64,000 nt of DNA. Origin: Ostreococcus lucimarinus (taxonomy: Eukaryota). Below are positions 46,536 through 57,542 of this stretch, one piece after another (within the stretch, counting starts at the first letter, position 1; each line of letters opens with the position of its first letter). Below the pieces are notes generated by a model, which had not been told where the DNA came from, ran no database searches, and saw only the letters and a list, made by a program, of their open reading frames with translations. The stretch lies in assembly GCA_000092065.1 (NCBI GenBank), contig CP000583.1. One strand, written 5' to 3'. The translations under genes were made by a program, and so were the position numbers.

Positions 46536-46602
46536 GAAAGGTGCGCGTGTACTTGTGACGCCGCTCGGCGTCGCGCTGCTACTAAAAATTCTAAAATCGC
46601 AT

Positions 46603-49600
46603 CTAAAACCACCGACGTTCGGATTGCTTACGAATCTCGCGAGCGAGCGAGGCGAAATCCGCCGCGTCATTTTCGAGCGAGGCTGATTTATCTTGAAGCC
46701 TGCTAAGTTTCTCTCCACGCTCGACGAGCATGTCTTTTGTTTCGTTCATTTGCGAAGTAACTTCTCGTCCATACTTGGCTCGGACTGAAGACGCGCTCCG
46801 ACGCACAGGCGCGATGGCTGGCGTGGACGACGATGTCGCGAACAACTCATCGCGCTCTGCAGATTCTGTCGTCCTTTCGACCGGCGCGGGATCCTCTATG
46901 CGAGCATCTGCGAATAAGACAGCCAGGTCCGTCGTCGTGTACATCTTGCGCGTCGCTGGCGACGACGATGAGTCACGTGGTGACTGCGCGAACTTTTCTT
47001 CCAGCTTTTCAAACGCCGCCTTTGCGCGATGTCGTAGCGCTTCACTCATCGTCAGCGCTTTGGTCTTCATGGGTGTCGTCGACGCTGACGATACTTCTCG
47101 TCGAGGTGACTTGGTTTGCTGCGCGAGTTCGGGATCGTCTTCTTCCATGGCGTGTCGCGCCGCTCGCGCGGCTTCCGCGGCGCTCTCGACTTCGAGATCG
47201 ATGATACAACCTTGCGCGGGAAAGCTGTCACCAAATGCTTCGAGTCGAGCGATAGACAAGCCGTCATCTGCGACGACGACGACGGCGCCGCCTCGAGAGC
47301 AACACGTCGCGTTGGCGTTGGACAACGCCGGCACCGGACCAAATACGCCGCGCATTTGCAGGGACGGCGACGCGTACGCCACCATTCTCCCAAACTCCGT
47401 CAAGGCGACGATGTGAGAACGTTTCCGTCCGTGACCGAACGCACATTCGTTTTCGCTACCGTCATCTCGAACGGCGAACGCACCGATGAGCGGCTCGTCG
47501 AGGTGTTCTTTTCGCAACGTAAATCGCTCTCCTCGAGAGCAGCCGACTGCGTGGTATACGCGCATCGAATCTTTCGCCACAGTAACGACAATGGCGGTCA
47601 GCTTTGGGTTTCCCTTAATGACGTCGTCGCTGTCGACACGGTCTTCCTCGTCCGTCGACAGCACTTTGTCTTCGTCGTCTGACGCAGACGCGTCGTCCAC
47701 AGTCCACTCCGACGCGAGAAATTGATAAGCAAACGATGTCGGCGGTGTGAACCAACTTTTGGCGACGGGCGCTGGTGGAATTATATCTGACGCCGTACCA
47801 TCGAGCCGAAGGAGCGAGATTGCAAGCGCCACGTCTTCTGCCGCTGACTTCGGGGTCATAGTCTTCCCAATCTGCGAACCGGTCGAAAGCGCGTGGAAAC
47901 GAACGCTACAGTTTGATTCTAGAACCGCCAGGACGCACTCATCCGGAGCGTCTGGAAGCGGTAACCCAAAGTCGAAATCCGCCACGGCCGATGGCTTTCC
48001 TTCGGCAGAAGTAGGTAACGACACCGTCCACATTTTCGTTCCTCGTTGAAGATTGAGTAAGGACACACACCCTGCGACGTCGCCGACGGCGAGGAGTGTC
48101 GCCGCGGCGTTCGTTCGAACGCACGATATGGCTTTGCCAGCCGAGCTAAATCTACCGATGAGTGTGTATACCGAAGTCATACACGCCGCTGCGGAATCCG
48201 TATCGACAAAGTCGCGAGATTCACCGGCGAAAAATGCACGCTCCTCGTCAACGTTTTCGGCGTCGCTCTTGTTTAAGTTGCGCGCGTGCGTACGTACTCG
48301 CGAAGTCGCTTCGGCACCGTCGGCTGGATACTCGCGCAACGCGTATATTTCAAGGTTTCCACTCACCCGACCGACGATCAGCAAAGCACCACCGGCGTCG
48401 ACGTGCAGTCTCGTGATCGAGTCGCCGTTCGGCGCGATCGCGCCACCAGACATCAATCGTCCGTCGCGATCGATGTAGATTTTCACTCCAGAACCGTCTC
48501 TGCCGAACGCGCCGACGACGATGCGCGCACGCAGCGCGGATGAAGGCGATGTCGTGTCATCGACTACGTCGCATCCACCGCTGATTGGCCATTTCGACCC
48601 TTTCCAAGCGAACGACGCGTCTACTTCATTTTCTGGAACCGCGACGCGTTTGGCGTTCTGCTCAAATGCCCGCGCGACGTCGCGCGACGTCGCGCAGATA
48701 CTCGGCGCGCACGTCTTCGAAAGTGTCGGTCGCATCACCATTACTTCCTGCGGGCGCGCGATGTCGTCGCTCGAAACTCCGTAACGCACGTCGTGTAGGT
48801 GTAGCTGCGAGCCTTCGGACAGAACGCAAATCGATTCCACAGTGTCGCGATATGGCACCAACGTCGCGTCGAGCACTGGACCGAACCAAGGCAGCGCAAT
48901 CGCACCCGCGCTTTCGATTCGAAACTCCCCGTCACATCGCGTCGCTCGCAAACAAATCACGGGATCTGGACACGCGATTGGCTCGCCGCCGACGCACGCG
49001 AACCACGTGGCGACGTCGCGAGCCGCGTCGTCGTCTTCGCTCACGTACGTCTTCAACGCGCGAATGGGTGTCAGCGCGCCCTTGTACGACGGATTAATCA
49101 AAACGTGCGGCACGATGCACTGCTTTTCAACGATTTCCTCCGTCATCACCGTACCCGCGCGCACTTTCCACACTCTCACGCGCCCGTCGCTGTACCCCGC
49201 GACGACGCATTCGGCGTCGAGCCACTCGGCGCACGTCAAAGACGCGTCCGTCGCCTCCGTCTCGTCCACAGCGTCGCCTCGCGGCGACGTCACCGCCACC
49301 GACCGTTGTTCGTGCAAGTGCCACAGCGCGAGCGCCCCGTCCGACCACGCGATGAGCATCATCGCTCGCTCGTCTCTTCCCGGTCGCGCGCGCACCGCCG
49401 CCACGGCGTTTCGCGTCGGCAAAACGCGCGACAACGCCCGCGACGCCGACACCCTGTACCCGCGCCTTCTCGCCACCGTGGTCTCTCCTCGCGCGTTCAC
49501 TCCCAACGCGTGCACGCACACGTCCCCCCTCACCGTTCCCGTGACGAAGAAATTCGTCCCTCGCATCGCCTCGCTCGCGCAGCTCGGCTCGTCGTCGCCC

Positions 49601-50052
49601 GCGTCTAAATTTTCGCTCGCCAGCGACCTTCGCTCGCGCCCGTCCCACACCTCGACGTCGCCGTCTCGTCCGCATCGATACACGCGCGACGGCGCGACGT
49701 ACTCTCCTCGCACCGCCTCCGACGAGCCTCCCGACGCCGACGCGAACAAGCACTCCGTCCCGCGCGCGCCGAACGCCTTCACGCCGTGTTCGCTCGCCGC
49801 GAACAGCGCGTGTTGGTCCCTCGCGTACGACACCGCGGACGTCGTGGCGTCGAATCCGTAGTGCGCCACCAAGCGCGGCGACGCTCGCGCGTCCTCGTCG
49901 CGCGCGTCCTCGTCGTCATCGCTCGCGCGCGCGCCGTCCAAGTCGATTCGAAGCGGCACGCGCGCGTACGCCTCGTCGCGCGTCTCGACCGTCGCGCGCG
50001 CCTTCGCGGTGACGCGCGCGTCTTTCACCGCGCGCTTCGCCCGTCGAAGCAT
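46603..50052 (-). CDS. tomosyn/Lgl-family WD40 protein with C-terminal R-SNARE-like coiled-coil
   Basis: ATG verified at 50050-50052. WD40-like blades throughout 1000 aa ('DGRVRVWKV', 'AWSDGALALWHL'). C-terminal 'MNETKDMLVERGEKLSRLQDKSASLENDAADFASLAREIRK' is a v-SNARE homology motif as in tomosyn/Sro7. Confidence 0.7.
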   Translation of the reverse strand: MLRRAKRAVKDARVTAKARATVETRDEAYARVPLRIDLDGARASDDDEDARDEDARASPRLVAHYGFDATTSAVSYARDQHALFAASEHGVKAFGARGTECLFASASGGSSEAVRGEYVAPSRVYRCGRDGDVEVWDGRERRSLASENLDAGDDEPSCASEAMRGTNFFVTGTVRGDVCVHALGVNARGETTVARRRGYRVSASRALSRVLPTRNAVAAVRARPGRDERAMMLIAWSDGALALWHLHEQRSVAVTSPRGDAVDETEATDASLTCAEWLDAECVVAGYSDGRVRVWKVRAGTVMTEEIVEKQCIVPHVLINPSYKGALTPIRALKTYVSEDDDAARDVATWFACVGGEPIACPDPVICLRATRCDGEFRIESAGAIALPWFGPVLDATLVPYRDTVESICVLSEGSQLHLHDVRYGVSSDDIARPQEVMVMRPTLSKTCAPSICATSRDVARAFEQNAKRVAVPENEVDASFAWKGSKWPISGGCDVVDDTTSPSSALRARIVVGAFGRDGSGVKIYIDRDGRLMSGGAIAPNGDSITRLHVDAGGALLIVGRVSGNLEIYALREYPADGAEATSRVRTHARNLNKSDAENVDEERAFFAGESRDFVDTDSAAACMTSVYTLIGRFSSAGKAISCVRTNAAATLLAVGDVAGCVSLLNLQRGTKMWTVSLPTSAEGKPSAVADFDFGLPLPDAPDECVLAVLESNCSVRFHALSTGSQIGKTMTPKSAAEDVALAISLLRLDGTASDIIPPAPVAKSWFTPPTSFAYQFLASEWTVDDASASDDEDKVLSTDEEDRVDSDDVIKGNPKLTAIVVTVAKDSMRVYHAVGCSRGERFTLRKEHLDEPLIGAFAVRDDGSENECAFGHGRKRSHIVALTEFGRMVAYASPSLQMRGVFGPVPALSNANATCCSRGGAVVVVADDGLSIARLEAFGDSFPAQGCIIDLEVESAAEAARAARHAMEEDDPELAQQTKSPRREVSSASTTPMKTKALTMSEALRHRAKAAFEKLEEKFAQSPRDSSSSPATRKMYTTTDLAVLFADARIEDPAPVERTTESAERDELFATSSSTPAIAPVRRSASSVRAKYGREVTSQMNETKDMLVERGEKLSRLQDKSASLENDAADFASLAREIRKQSERRWF

Positions 50053-50164
50053 CGCGCGTTTCAGCGCCGCGAATTCGCGTCCGAGGCGGGCTCGTTTTGG
50101 CGCTTCGCGGCGGTTACGACGTCGCGGCGGCGCGGTGATGTTACAACGCCTCCGTCTCCTCGCG

Positions 50165-50719
50165 CTATTCTGTCGTCTTCGCTCTGCGCCATCGCGCGTC
50201 TAACGCGTCGATCGCGCACGACATTTTCGCCTTCCCGAGCTTCTCGTTCACGACGTTGTGTCGCTCGCACACCCACTTCGCCAGCGCCTCGCGCGATTCG
50301 CACCTCGGCGGGTGCGCGTCGACGTCGGCTCGCAAATCCGCCCTGCACGTCGCGCACGGGTACAGGTCTCCCAGCGCGTCGAAGAACCGTCGCGCTTGCA
50401 CGCGCTGCGCGTGCGTCGGTTTTTGTGGGTAATACGCCGCGATCGTGTGCATCAGCGCCCACGACGCGCGTCCCAGTTCGTCGACGTCCAGCGGCGCCGC
50501 CGTCCCCGTCCCGGCGCCTTCGTCGGCGTTCGCGTCGTCGGCGTTCGTTCGCGTCGTCGACGCGTCGCGGTGCGTCGCTTTTCGCACGGCGTCGAACAGA
50601 TCGCGTCGCTTTTCGCACGCCCCGTCGTCGCACGTCGTCGACATCGTCGTATCGTCGGTGAATGCGCCGACGAATGGACGCGTCGCCGCATTCATCGCCG
50701 CATTCGTCGACGCATTCAT
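50165..50719 (-). CDS. ERV1: Erv1/ALR-family FAD-linked sulfhydryl oxidase
   Basis: ATG at 50717-50719 (alternatives 50644, 50693). 'ELGRASWALMHTIAAYYPQKPT', 'FFDALGDLYPCATCRADL', 'WVCERHNVVNEKLGK' match the Erv1/ALR core with its CxxC. Confidence 0.65.
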   Translation of the reverse strand: MNASTNAAMNAATRPFVGAFTDDTTMSTTCDDGACEKRRDLFDAVRKATHRDASTTRTNADDANADEGAGTGTAAPLDVDELGRASWALMHTIAAYYPQKPTHAQRVQARRFFDALGDLYPCATCRADLRADVDAHPPRCESREALAKWVCERHNVVNEKLGKAKMSCAIDALDARWRRAKTTE

Positions 50720-50783
50720 CGAGTCCCGGAATCGCGCGCGCGTTCGCACGCGCGCGACGCTCCGCGGTCGGCGACGCGCGGAC

Positions 50784-52427
50784 ATGTCGAAGCGCCATCG
50801 CGCGAGTGGCGACGGCGCCGCGTCGCGCTCGAGCGACGACGACGACGACGACGCGGTGACGATCGGGTACCGACGCGCGCCGACGAACGATCGCGACGCG
50901 CTCTGCGCCGCGCACGTCGAGGCGCTGAACGCGCAGTTCGCGCGACACGTCGCGAAGAAGACGCGCGATGCGCCGCGGGAGTTTCTCGTCCAGGCGTGTC
51001 GGGATTACGTGACGTACGCGAACGCGATACGGAAGGAGTTTCGAGACGCGGCGGGCGCGGGCGCGGCGGCGGACGAGGCGAAACGCGGCGAAGCGAGCGC
51101 GAGCGGGGAGGCGTACGTGTGGGGACAGGGAGACAGCGCGCAACTCGGGTTGGGTGGAGACGTGGACGAGCGACGACGACCGACGCGCGTGACGACGGGC
51201 GCGATGGGGGAGGCGAGAGCGACGCGGATCGCGGCGGGCGGGACGCACACGTTGGCGTTGACGAGCGACGGCGCGTGTTACAGTTGGGGGAACAACGATA
51301 ACGGTGCGCTCGGACGAGTAGTGAATAAAGACGCAGATCCGGACGCGGAGTACGCGCCGGGAAAGGTCGAGCTTCCTCTGGACGTCAAGGTGGTGATGGT
51401 GAGCACCGGCGACTCGCACGGGTGCGCGTTGACGGAGAGCGGCGAGGTGTGGGCGTGGGGGCAGTTTCGAACGACGAACGGGGCGTGGGCGTTCAACCCG
51501 AACACCCTGGACGCGCAAAAGACGTCGTTTCCATTTAAAATATACGCGCCAGCGTCGTCGAAGGAGCGCGCGAAGGCGATCGTGAGCGGCGTCGACCACG
51601 TGTTGGCGCTCTCGCGCGAGGGCGGCGTGTACTCTTGGGGATGTAGCGAGAAGGGCCGTCTCGGTAGAGTCGACGCGAGCGAGGCCGAGGACAACGAACA
51701 GGCGAGCGATGATGTGAAAAGACGATTGCTCACCCCTAGTCGCGTGGCGTTGCCGAAGAGTGGCGGAGGTATCGGATCCGCGTTTGGCGGCGAACCGGAA
51801 GTCACCGCCATCGTCGCCGGCGATTTCCATTCGTTTGCCATTTGCGCCGACGAAGACGGCTCGAAATCGGACGTCTACGGCTGGGGTTTGTCAAACTTCC
51901 ACCAAGTCGGGTTGTGGGACCCCAATCCTGACTTGCGCGGGGACGAACAGGTGACGTACTTTCCGAAACGAGTTGCCTCGTTGTGCGGAAAATGCATCGT
52001 CGCGGGCGACGCCGGCGCGCACCACTCGCTATTCTTAACGGGCGACGGTAAAATCATCGCCATCGGGCGATATACCGACGGTCGATGCGGCGTTCGCGTT
52101 CCCAACGCCGCGCTCGACGGCGCGTTGGAAGAGCCTAGAGTCATCGAGGATTTGCCCGGTCGCGCGGTGAAGGTGGCGAGCGGCGACACGTGCGGCGGCG
52201 CCATCATGGAGGATGGTTCCGCCTACGTCTGGGGATCGCAGTACATCGGACAGCTCGGACTTGGTCCGCGGGAAGAGGATGCGTACACGCCAGAGAAGAT
52301 GCCGTACACGAAACCGATGGCTGGCAAGGTGTTCGCCGAGCTTTCTTTCGGCGGTCAGCACGCCGCGGCGCTGTTGATCGACGCCAAGGACGACAAACCC
52401 GCGAGCAAGCGAGCTCGAGGGGCGTAG
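50784..52427 (+). CDS. RCC1-repeat protein (Ran-GEF RCC1-like, 7 blades)
   Basis: ATG verified at 50784 (MSKRHR..., basic NLS-like tail). Seven repeats of 'G..H..ALT.DG.VY.WG'-type RCC1 units. No GWRHT motifs, so not UVR8-like. Confidence 0.75.
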   Translation: MSKRHRASGDGAASRSSDDDDDDAVTIGYRRAPTNDRDALCAAHVEALNAQFARHVAKKTRDAPREFLVQACRDYVTYANAIRKEFRDAAGAGAAADEAKRGEASASGEAYVWGQGDSAQLGLGGDVDERRRPTRVTTGAMGEARATRIAAGGTHTLALTSDGACYSWGNNDNGALGRVVNKDADPDAEYAPGKVELPLDVKVVMVSTGDSHGCALTESGEVWAWGQFRTTNGAWAFNPNTLDAQKTSFPFKIYAPASSKERAKAIVSGVDHVLALSREGGVYSWGCSEKGRLGRVDASEAEDNEQASDDVKRRLLTPSRVALPKSGGGIGSAFGGEPEVTAIVAGDFHSFAICADEDGSKSDVYGWGLSNFHQVGLWDPNPDLRGDEQVTYFPKRVASLCGKCIVAGDAGAHHSLFLTGDGKIIAIGRYTDGRCGVRVPNAALDGALEEPRVIEDLPGRAVKVASGDTCGGAIMEDGSAYVWGSQYIGQLGLGPREEDAYTPEKMPYTKPMAGKVFAELSFGGQHAAALLIDAKDDKPASKRARGA

Positions 52428-52479
52428 AAGATTATTCTAATAAAATCAATTGAATCACAAGTAATATACACAGCAGCGT

Positions 52480-54069
52480 CTACGAATCGCGCTTCTGTTC
52501 GCTGAAAAGCAGCACATACACGTTGCTAATCGCCACAAAGCTCGCGAATAAAATCAGCGCGCCGGCGACGACGACGGTTCCGACTCCCGGTTTTGCCGCG
52601 AAGGACGCGTTCGCATCGTCGCCTGATGGAAGGATGTTACCTTCCTCGTCAAAATCCTGTTCGAGAAGATCGCGAGCGGAACTCAAAAGTTCCCTCGTGA
52701 CGTCGTCCAGACCATCGAGCAAATCGTCCGCCGGCTCCTCGACGTCCGCCGCGGCCTTCGACGAGCGCATCTTCGGATGCAGCAAGAGCAAGGCTGGGAT
52801 CACGAACATGACGAGACTTCCGCACGTGGCACCGATGAACTCGAATACCTTTCCTAAATCTTCCACCGCGAACGCTACGAGCGTGGTGAAGACGACGAAC
52901 GCGAACGTTTGCGTCGCGTGACGAGTCACCGGCGCTTGTCCCGGCGCGCACACCTCCCAACCAAACGCCTCCGCAAGTAAGTCGTCCAAAGCCGCGCGCG
53001 CGGCGTGATGATTCACCGGAAACGATGCGACGGCGCTGAAGCCCATGAAGATTGTCGCCACCATCATGGCTTTGTCATCCTTGCCGTAGCTATCTAGGAC
53101 GTTAGACGTCACGTTTGGATGCGACACGTACGCGAACTCGCCCACGAGGAGGTAGCCCCAAAAGCACGCGCCGACGGCGAGCGCGATGACGGTGTACATT
53201 CGACTGAGGCGTCGCGCCTCGGTGGCTTGCCTAGCGTCGCCATCGATAGGTTCGATGTCGTCTTCGAAATGCGGTTCAGGGGCGGAATCTGCCGATAGCT
53301 CGGAGAAAATCGCCAAGACTTGAATATGGCACTGAAACGCGAAGACGACGATGGGCACGGCGGAGATGGAATCGGTGTTGAATTTGAAAGCCACGGCTTT
53401 GGCGTCATCACCGCCAGAAGTGCGGGTCATTCCTTTGCACGTGATCGTCGCGGCGGTGTACGCGAGCGAAACCAGGGCTACCGCACTCGCCGGTGCCAAC
53501 CGACTCATCTCTCGAAGTAAGCTCAGCGGCGTCACCAAAAACGTCGCTCCGACGGCGATGGCGAATCGTCGACTTCCCCACCACGCGCTCGACCCCGCGC
53601 TGGCGACCGCGCTCATCACTTTCGCGTACGAATCACCGATGATGATCAAATATGCCACGCACGATCCGAACAAGTACACCACCAACGTCCCGCTCACGAA
53701 TCGAGACGCGCGAGTTCCGAACGCGTCGCGCACCAAGCCTTGATACGACGTGGACTCGAACGCCGATCCCGCTCGCACGAGCACGACGAGCGTGTACGCG
53801 ACGAGTAGCGCGGCGATGAGTACGACAATTCCACCACCGACGGTGCCGAACTTACTCACCGCGAACGGCGTCGCCAGCACTCCCGCGCCGATGGCGCAGT
53901 TCGCGAGCGTCGCCGTCGACCCGGAGACGTTGCCTCGCCGCTTCGCCCGACCGTCAGTTTCACCGACGAGCGCCGAGCTCGCGAGCGCGCTCATGGCGCT
54001 CGAAATCATGTGCTCGAGCTCGCTCTCGGCGTGCGCGGCGTCGTGCGCGTCCGTGGTGTCGCTCGACAT
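52480..54069 (-). CDS. amino acid transporter, AAAP/SLC38 (Aa_trans) family
   Basis: True ATG at 54067-54069; the ORF-track start 54150 is GTG. 'STATLANCAIGAGVLATPFA' N-terminal Aa_trans signature, about 11 TM helices. Confidence 0.75.
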   Translation of the reverse strand: MSSDTTDAHDAAHAESELEHMISSAMSALASSALVGETDGRAKRRGNVSGSTATLANCAIGAGVLATPFAVSKFGTVGGGIVVLIAALLVAYTLVVLVRAGSAFESTSYQGLVRDAFGTRASRFVSGTLVVYLFGSCVAYLIIIGDSYAKVMSAVASAGSSAWWGSRRFAIAVGATFLVTPLSLLREMSRLAPASAVALVSLAYTAATITCKGMTRTSGGDDAKAVAFKFNTDSISAVPIVVFAFQCHIQVLAIFSELSADSAPEPHFEDDIEPIDGDARQATEARRLSRMYTVIALAVGACFWGYLLVGEFAYVSHPNVTSNVLDSYGKDDKAMMVATIFMGFSAVASFPVNHHAARAALDDLLAEAFGWEVCAPGQAPVTRHATQTFAFVVFTTLVAFAVEDLGKVFEFIGATCGSLVMFVIPALLLLHPKMRSSKAAADVEEPADDLLDGLDDVTRELLSSARDLLEQDFDEEGNILPSGDDANASFAAKPGVGTVVVAGALILFASFVAISNVYVLLFSEQKRDS

Positions 54070-54359
54070 TGGCGTTCGCTCGGGACAAAGATCTTCAACT
54101 CGACCCTCCGAGCTTGCGTTCGTGCGCGTTTTGGCGTTGTACTCGCTCACCCCGCACGCTTTGCGCCAACGTTAACGTCACAAGCGTACCCGAAGCGCAG
54201 AAGCCCAAGATCCAAAGCGTCGCGCGATCGCTCAGCGCCATAAGCCAGGTTGTGCGGGACTTTAAACGACGGGACGCGAGACGCCGGCGCGAGACGCGAG
54301 AACGATCGAGATCGACGTTTAAACGCGGCGACGTTACAACGACTACGAAAGGTGGGTGG

Positions 54360-55991
54360 CTAACGCAGCAACGTGGACGCGATGGACTGAATCTCTCGCG
54401 GATTGCCGTTCGTCAGCGCTTTCATCGCCGCGACGGTTTGCTCGTCGACGACGGCTTTGACGATTCCGGCAGCCTTGTACTCGCGAAGGATGGTCGCGAT
54501 TTCATCGGTGTTGAATCGCGGCGTCTCCACTGTAACGACGGTCGAGGACCCCAGTTCGTCCGGCAGCGACTGTTCGGTGTTCGATTTGGAAACACCGACG
54601 GAGTGAGACGCCGCCGTGACGGCGACGTGCCTCGCGTCTTCGTCGCACGCCGAGTCCACGGTTTCGATTACCGCGCGCGCCAAACGCAGACTTTTCGCGG
54701 GAATATTCTTTCTAGACCTCGGTCCGGTGACCTCATGCATGTCGGACGGCCCGAATAGCGCATTGTACTGATCGACGACGAACATGACTTTCCCGTCGCC
54801 GTTCTTCGCGAGCGCTCTCAGCTCATTCAACACCACGAGCGCGCAGTCGACAGCTATTTCCGGATCGGTCGAACCCGCTTTTGCGTAGTCGAATAAGTTC
54901 ATTTCCGCGCTCGCCTTGGGCTTGGCGTCCGCCTCGGGCGCGTCGGCCGCATCCTTGGATTTTTTTCCGCGGCTCTTCTTCGGCGCGTTTTCATCCTTGA
55001 GCGTCACCCCCTTAACCTTCACGGACTTTAACACGCTCTCGTTCGCCGCGTTGGCGATGTGTTGCAACAGCCGCATCGCGCAATCGGGCGTTTCCCACAG
55101 TCCATCGCAACCTTCCTTCGTACTCTTGCTAAAGTAGCTCAACCTCGTGAGCTCTAAACCATCCGGGACGTACGCGACGACCCACCCATCGGCGCGCGCG
55201 CGCATGACCAACCGCGCCAACGCCACACTCTTACCGCTACCTCTAGATCCCCGAACGTCCACGCGCCTGTGCGAAGTGGTCGCCTCTTGCAGCGCGTCGT
55301 CGCTGGCTCTCGCCATCAAACGTCTCGCCGCCGTCTTCGCCCCGCGCTTTCCATCGCCACGCTCGGCCGCGCCCTTGGTCTGATTCGCAAACGTAAACGC
55401 CGCCGTCAACGCTTTCACGCTGGAGATCTCCGGCAGCAGCGTCGCCACGGCGTCGTCGTCGATGTCGTACACGTTTCCGGCGTTCGCCGCCGCCGACGCG
55501 AACCCTCGCGCCGCGCTCGCGACGTCCCGTCCGGGCGCGATCGCGCGCGCGCCGCGTCCGAGCGCGATCGCGCGCGCGCCGCTCGAGGCCACGCTCGCGC
55601 TCGCGCCGGCGGTATCGCTCGCGGAACGCACGCCGCGCGCGCGAACGAACCCGATCGCGTTCGTCGACGACGCCGGTGACGAGAGCGCGTCGACGCGCGT
55701 CGACGCGTCGGTGATGGAAGAGGCGCGCGCCGACGACGAGGATGACGAAGCGATGAACACGCCGCGACATCGCGAGCTCGCGCGCAACATCGCGGAAGCG
55801 AATCGATCGATCGAGCGCGTCGTTGTGACGTTTCTCGCCCGCGAACTGCGCGGCTTCGCGGCGGGTTCGGCGCGACGCGTGGAGGAGAGAATCGACGCGG
55901 TCGAGGACGTCGTGCGATGAGATGTGCGTGCGATCAATGCGCTACAACGCCTTTTCGCTATCTTCGCCCGGATACGCCTCGACGAATCCAT
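54360..55991 (-). CDS. DAP3: mitochondrial ribosomal protein mS29 (DAP3)
   Basis: ATG verified at 55989-55991. P-loop 'VRGSRGSGKSVALARL', plus 'VVDQYNALFGPSD' and 'LTNGNPREIQSIAS', which I recognise from DAP3/mS29. Presequence-like N-term MDSSRRIRAKIAKRR. Confidence 0.7.
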   Translation of the reverse strand: MDSSRRIRAKIAKRRCSALIARTSHRTTSSTASILSSTRRAEPAAKPRSSRARNVTTTRSIDRFASAMLRASSRCRGVFIASSSSSSARASSITDASTRVDALSSPASSTNAIGFVRARGVRSASDTAGASASVASSGARAIALGRGARAIAPGRDVASAARGFASAAANAGNVYDIDDDAVATLLPEISSVKALTAAFTFANQTKGAAERGDGKRGAKTAARRLMARASDDALQEATTSHRRVDVRGSRGSGKSVALARLVMRARADGWVVAYVPDGLELTRLSYFSKSTKEGCDGLWETPDCAMRLLQHIANAANESVLKSVKVKGVTLKDENAPKKSRGKKSKDAADAPEADAKPKASAEMNLFDYAKAGSTDPEIAVDCALVVLNELRALAKNGDGKVMFVVDQYNALFGPSDMHEVTGPRSRKNIPAKSLRLARAVIETVDSACDEDARHVAVTAASHSVGVSKSNTEQSLPDELGSSTVVTVETPRFNTDEIATILREYKAAGIVKAVVDEQTVAAMKALTNGNPREIQSIASTLLR

Positions 55992-56901
55992 CGAGCGTGC
56001 TCTGCACGCTCGCGCGGACCTCGGGCGACATTCTGTCGTGGTACAAGACGCCGTCTAAATGGTCGTACTCGTGCTGGAACACGCGCGCCTCGAACCCTTC
56101 GAGGGTCATTTTGAATTTTTTACCCTTCAAGTTTTGCGCTTCGATTTGAACGCCGATCGGGCGCTGCGCGCGTGAATCGAGGAAGAGCGAAGCGGTCAGT
56201 CTCGCGCGACGCAAAATCTCCCGACGCCGACGGCGGCGGCGGCGCGTCAGAGTTAGCCTCGCGTATTAGCTCACATTTCTCCGCACGACCCGCACGCGGG
56301 TCTCGGATTAGCGTATATTTATGTTTTGATCGTCATCGGCTCTCTCGTCTCGCGCGTGACGCGACAATCGCGCGCGGCGCCGTCGCTCGATACGCACCTC
56401 GACGTCGGCGTACATCTTCGGAAAGCTCAAGCACCCTTCCTCGAACAAATCCTTCTCCTTGGAAAACTTCACTATTTCCGGGTTACACAACACCACTTCT
56501 CGCCCCTGTCCTGGCTCTCCCGCCTCGTTGTACACCATCATTCGATAATTCACACCCACCTGCGGCGCCGCCAATCCGCAGCCGACGGTTTCGTACATAA
56601 TCTTAAACATCGCCTTGCTCAACCGTTCCAAATTTTTATCGAACGTCTCCACGGGCGCGTTCTTCGCCCGCAGGCACTTCGCCGGGTACTTCGCGATCGC
56701 CAGCGGTTCGCTCCATCGAACGCTCTTCGCGTCCTCGTCGTCGCCCTTCGTCCCCTCGCCCTCGCGACTCAAGTTTTCCACCTCGCCGAACAAGAAACCC
56801 TTCTTCTTCCCGCGCGCGACGACCGCGGCGCCGCGCCGCGTCGTCGTCGTCGTCACCCTCGACGAGCACGACGCCACTTTACACGCGCACCGCGTCATCA
56901 T
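55942..56901 (-). CDS. PDF: peptide deformylase, organellar (two exons: 56398-56901 and 55942-56163)
   Basis: True ATG at 56899-56901; ORF-track start is GTG. Exon 1 encodes 'GCGLAAPQVG' and 'EGCLSFPKMYADVE'. Exon 2 begins 'RPIGVQIEAQNLKGKKF...VFQHEYDHLDGVLY' (HExxH). Joining gives correct spacing vs E. coli PDF (EGCLS-x16-D-x-x-G). Phase 0/0. Confidence 0.75.
56164..56397 (-). other. spliceosomal intron (234 nt) in PDF gene
   Basis: Minus-strand donor GAG|GTGCGT at 56397-56392. Branch ACTGAC at 56200-56195. Polypyrimidine 'ttcgctcttcctcgattcacgcgcgcag' and acceptor CAG at 56166-56164. Confidence 0.6.
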
Positions 56902-57330
56902 GATCGATCGATCGACGCCCCGGCGTCGCGCGCTCGTGTGACGCGCGAACGTCTGATGTCGCGCGGGGTTCGGTTCCACACGGACCTTCTTTTGGTTCGA
57001 CGTGCGAATCCACGGTTCTTGACTCGACGCGAGTCTCAGTATACGAGTCTCCGCCCTAATCAGGCATCCGACGGCGTCCGAGGCCGCGCGCGTCGCGCGA
57101 CGTCGCCGCACTCGACGACGAGCGACGACGAACGATGTTCGCCTCCATCGCCGCCAACGCCTCCGCGGCCGTGCACGCCAAGGTACGCGCGAACGCGCGA
57201 ACGCGCGAACGCGCTCGGCGACGCGACGCGTCGTCTCGAGCGACGCCGCGACGGACGCGCGCCGAGCGTCGCGATGGGGTTTCGACGCGCGCGCGCGATG
57301 GGGACGCGGCGCGCGGGGGATGGGACGCGT

Positions 57331-57350
57331 CGCGCGCGCGCGCGCGCGCG
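57331..57350. repeat. (CG)10 alternating purine-pyrimidine tract
   Basis: 'cgcgcgcgcgcgcgcgcgcg' at 57331-57350, flanked by further CG-rich runs (GAACGCGC x3 at 57189-57212). Lies in the putative uS13 intron / 5' region. Confidence 0.8.
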
Positions 57351-57542
57351 AACGGTCGAGAATAATTTTACGCGCGGTGCGCGCGCGCGCGATGGAGGAT
57401 CGCGCGCGCGCGAGGGCGTCGTCGAGGCGCGCGACGACGTCGGATAAACCCCGAGGGCGGGCGAGGGCGAGGCGACGACGCGCGGCGATGCCGACGACGA
57501 CGAGCGAGGGGGGACGACGAGCGCGCGAACGATGACTGACGG

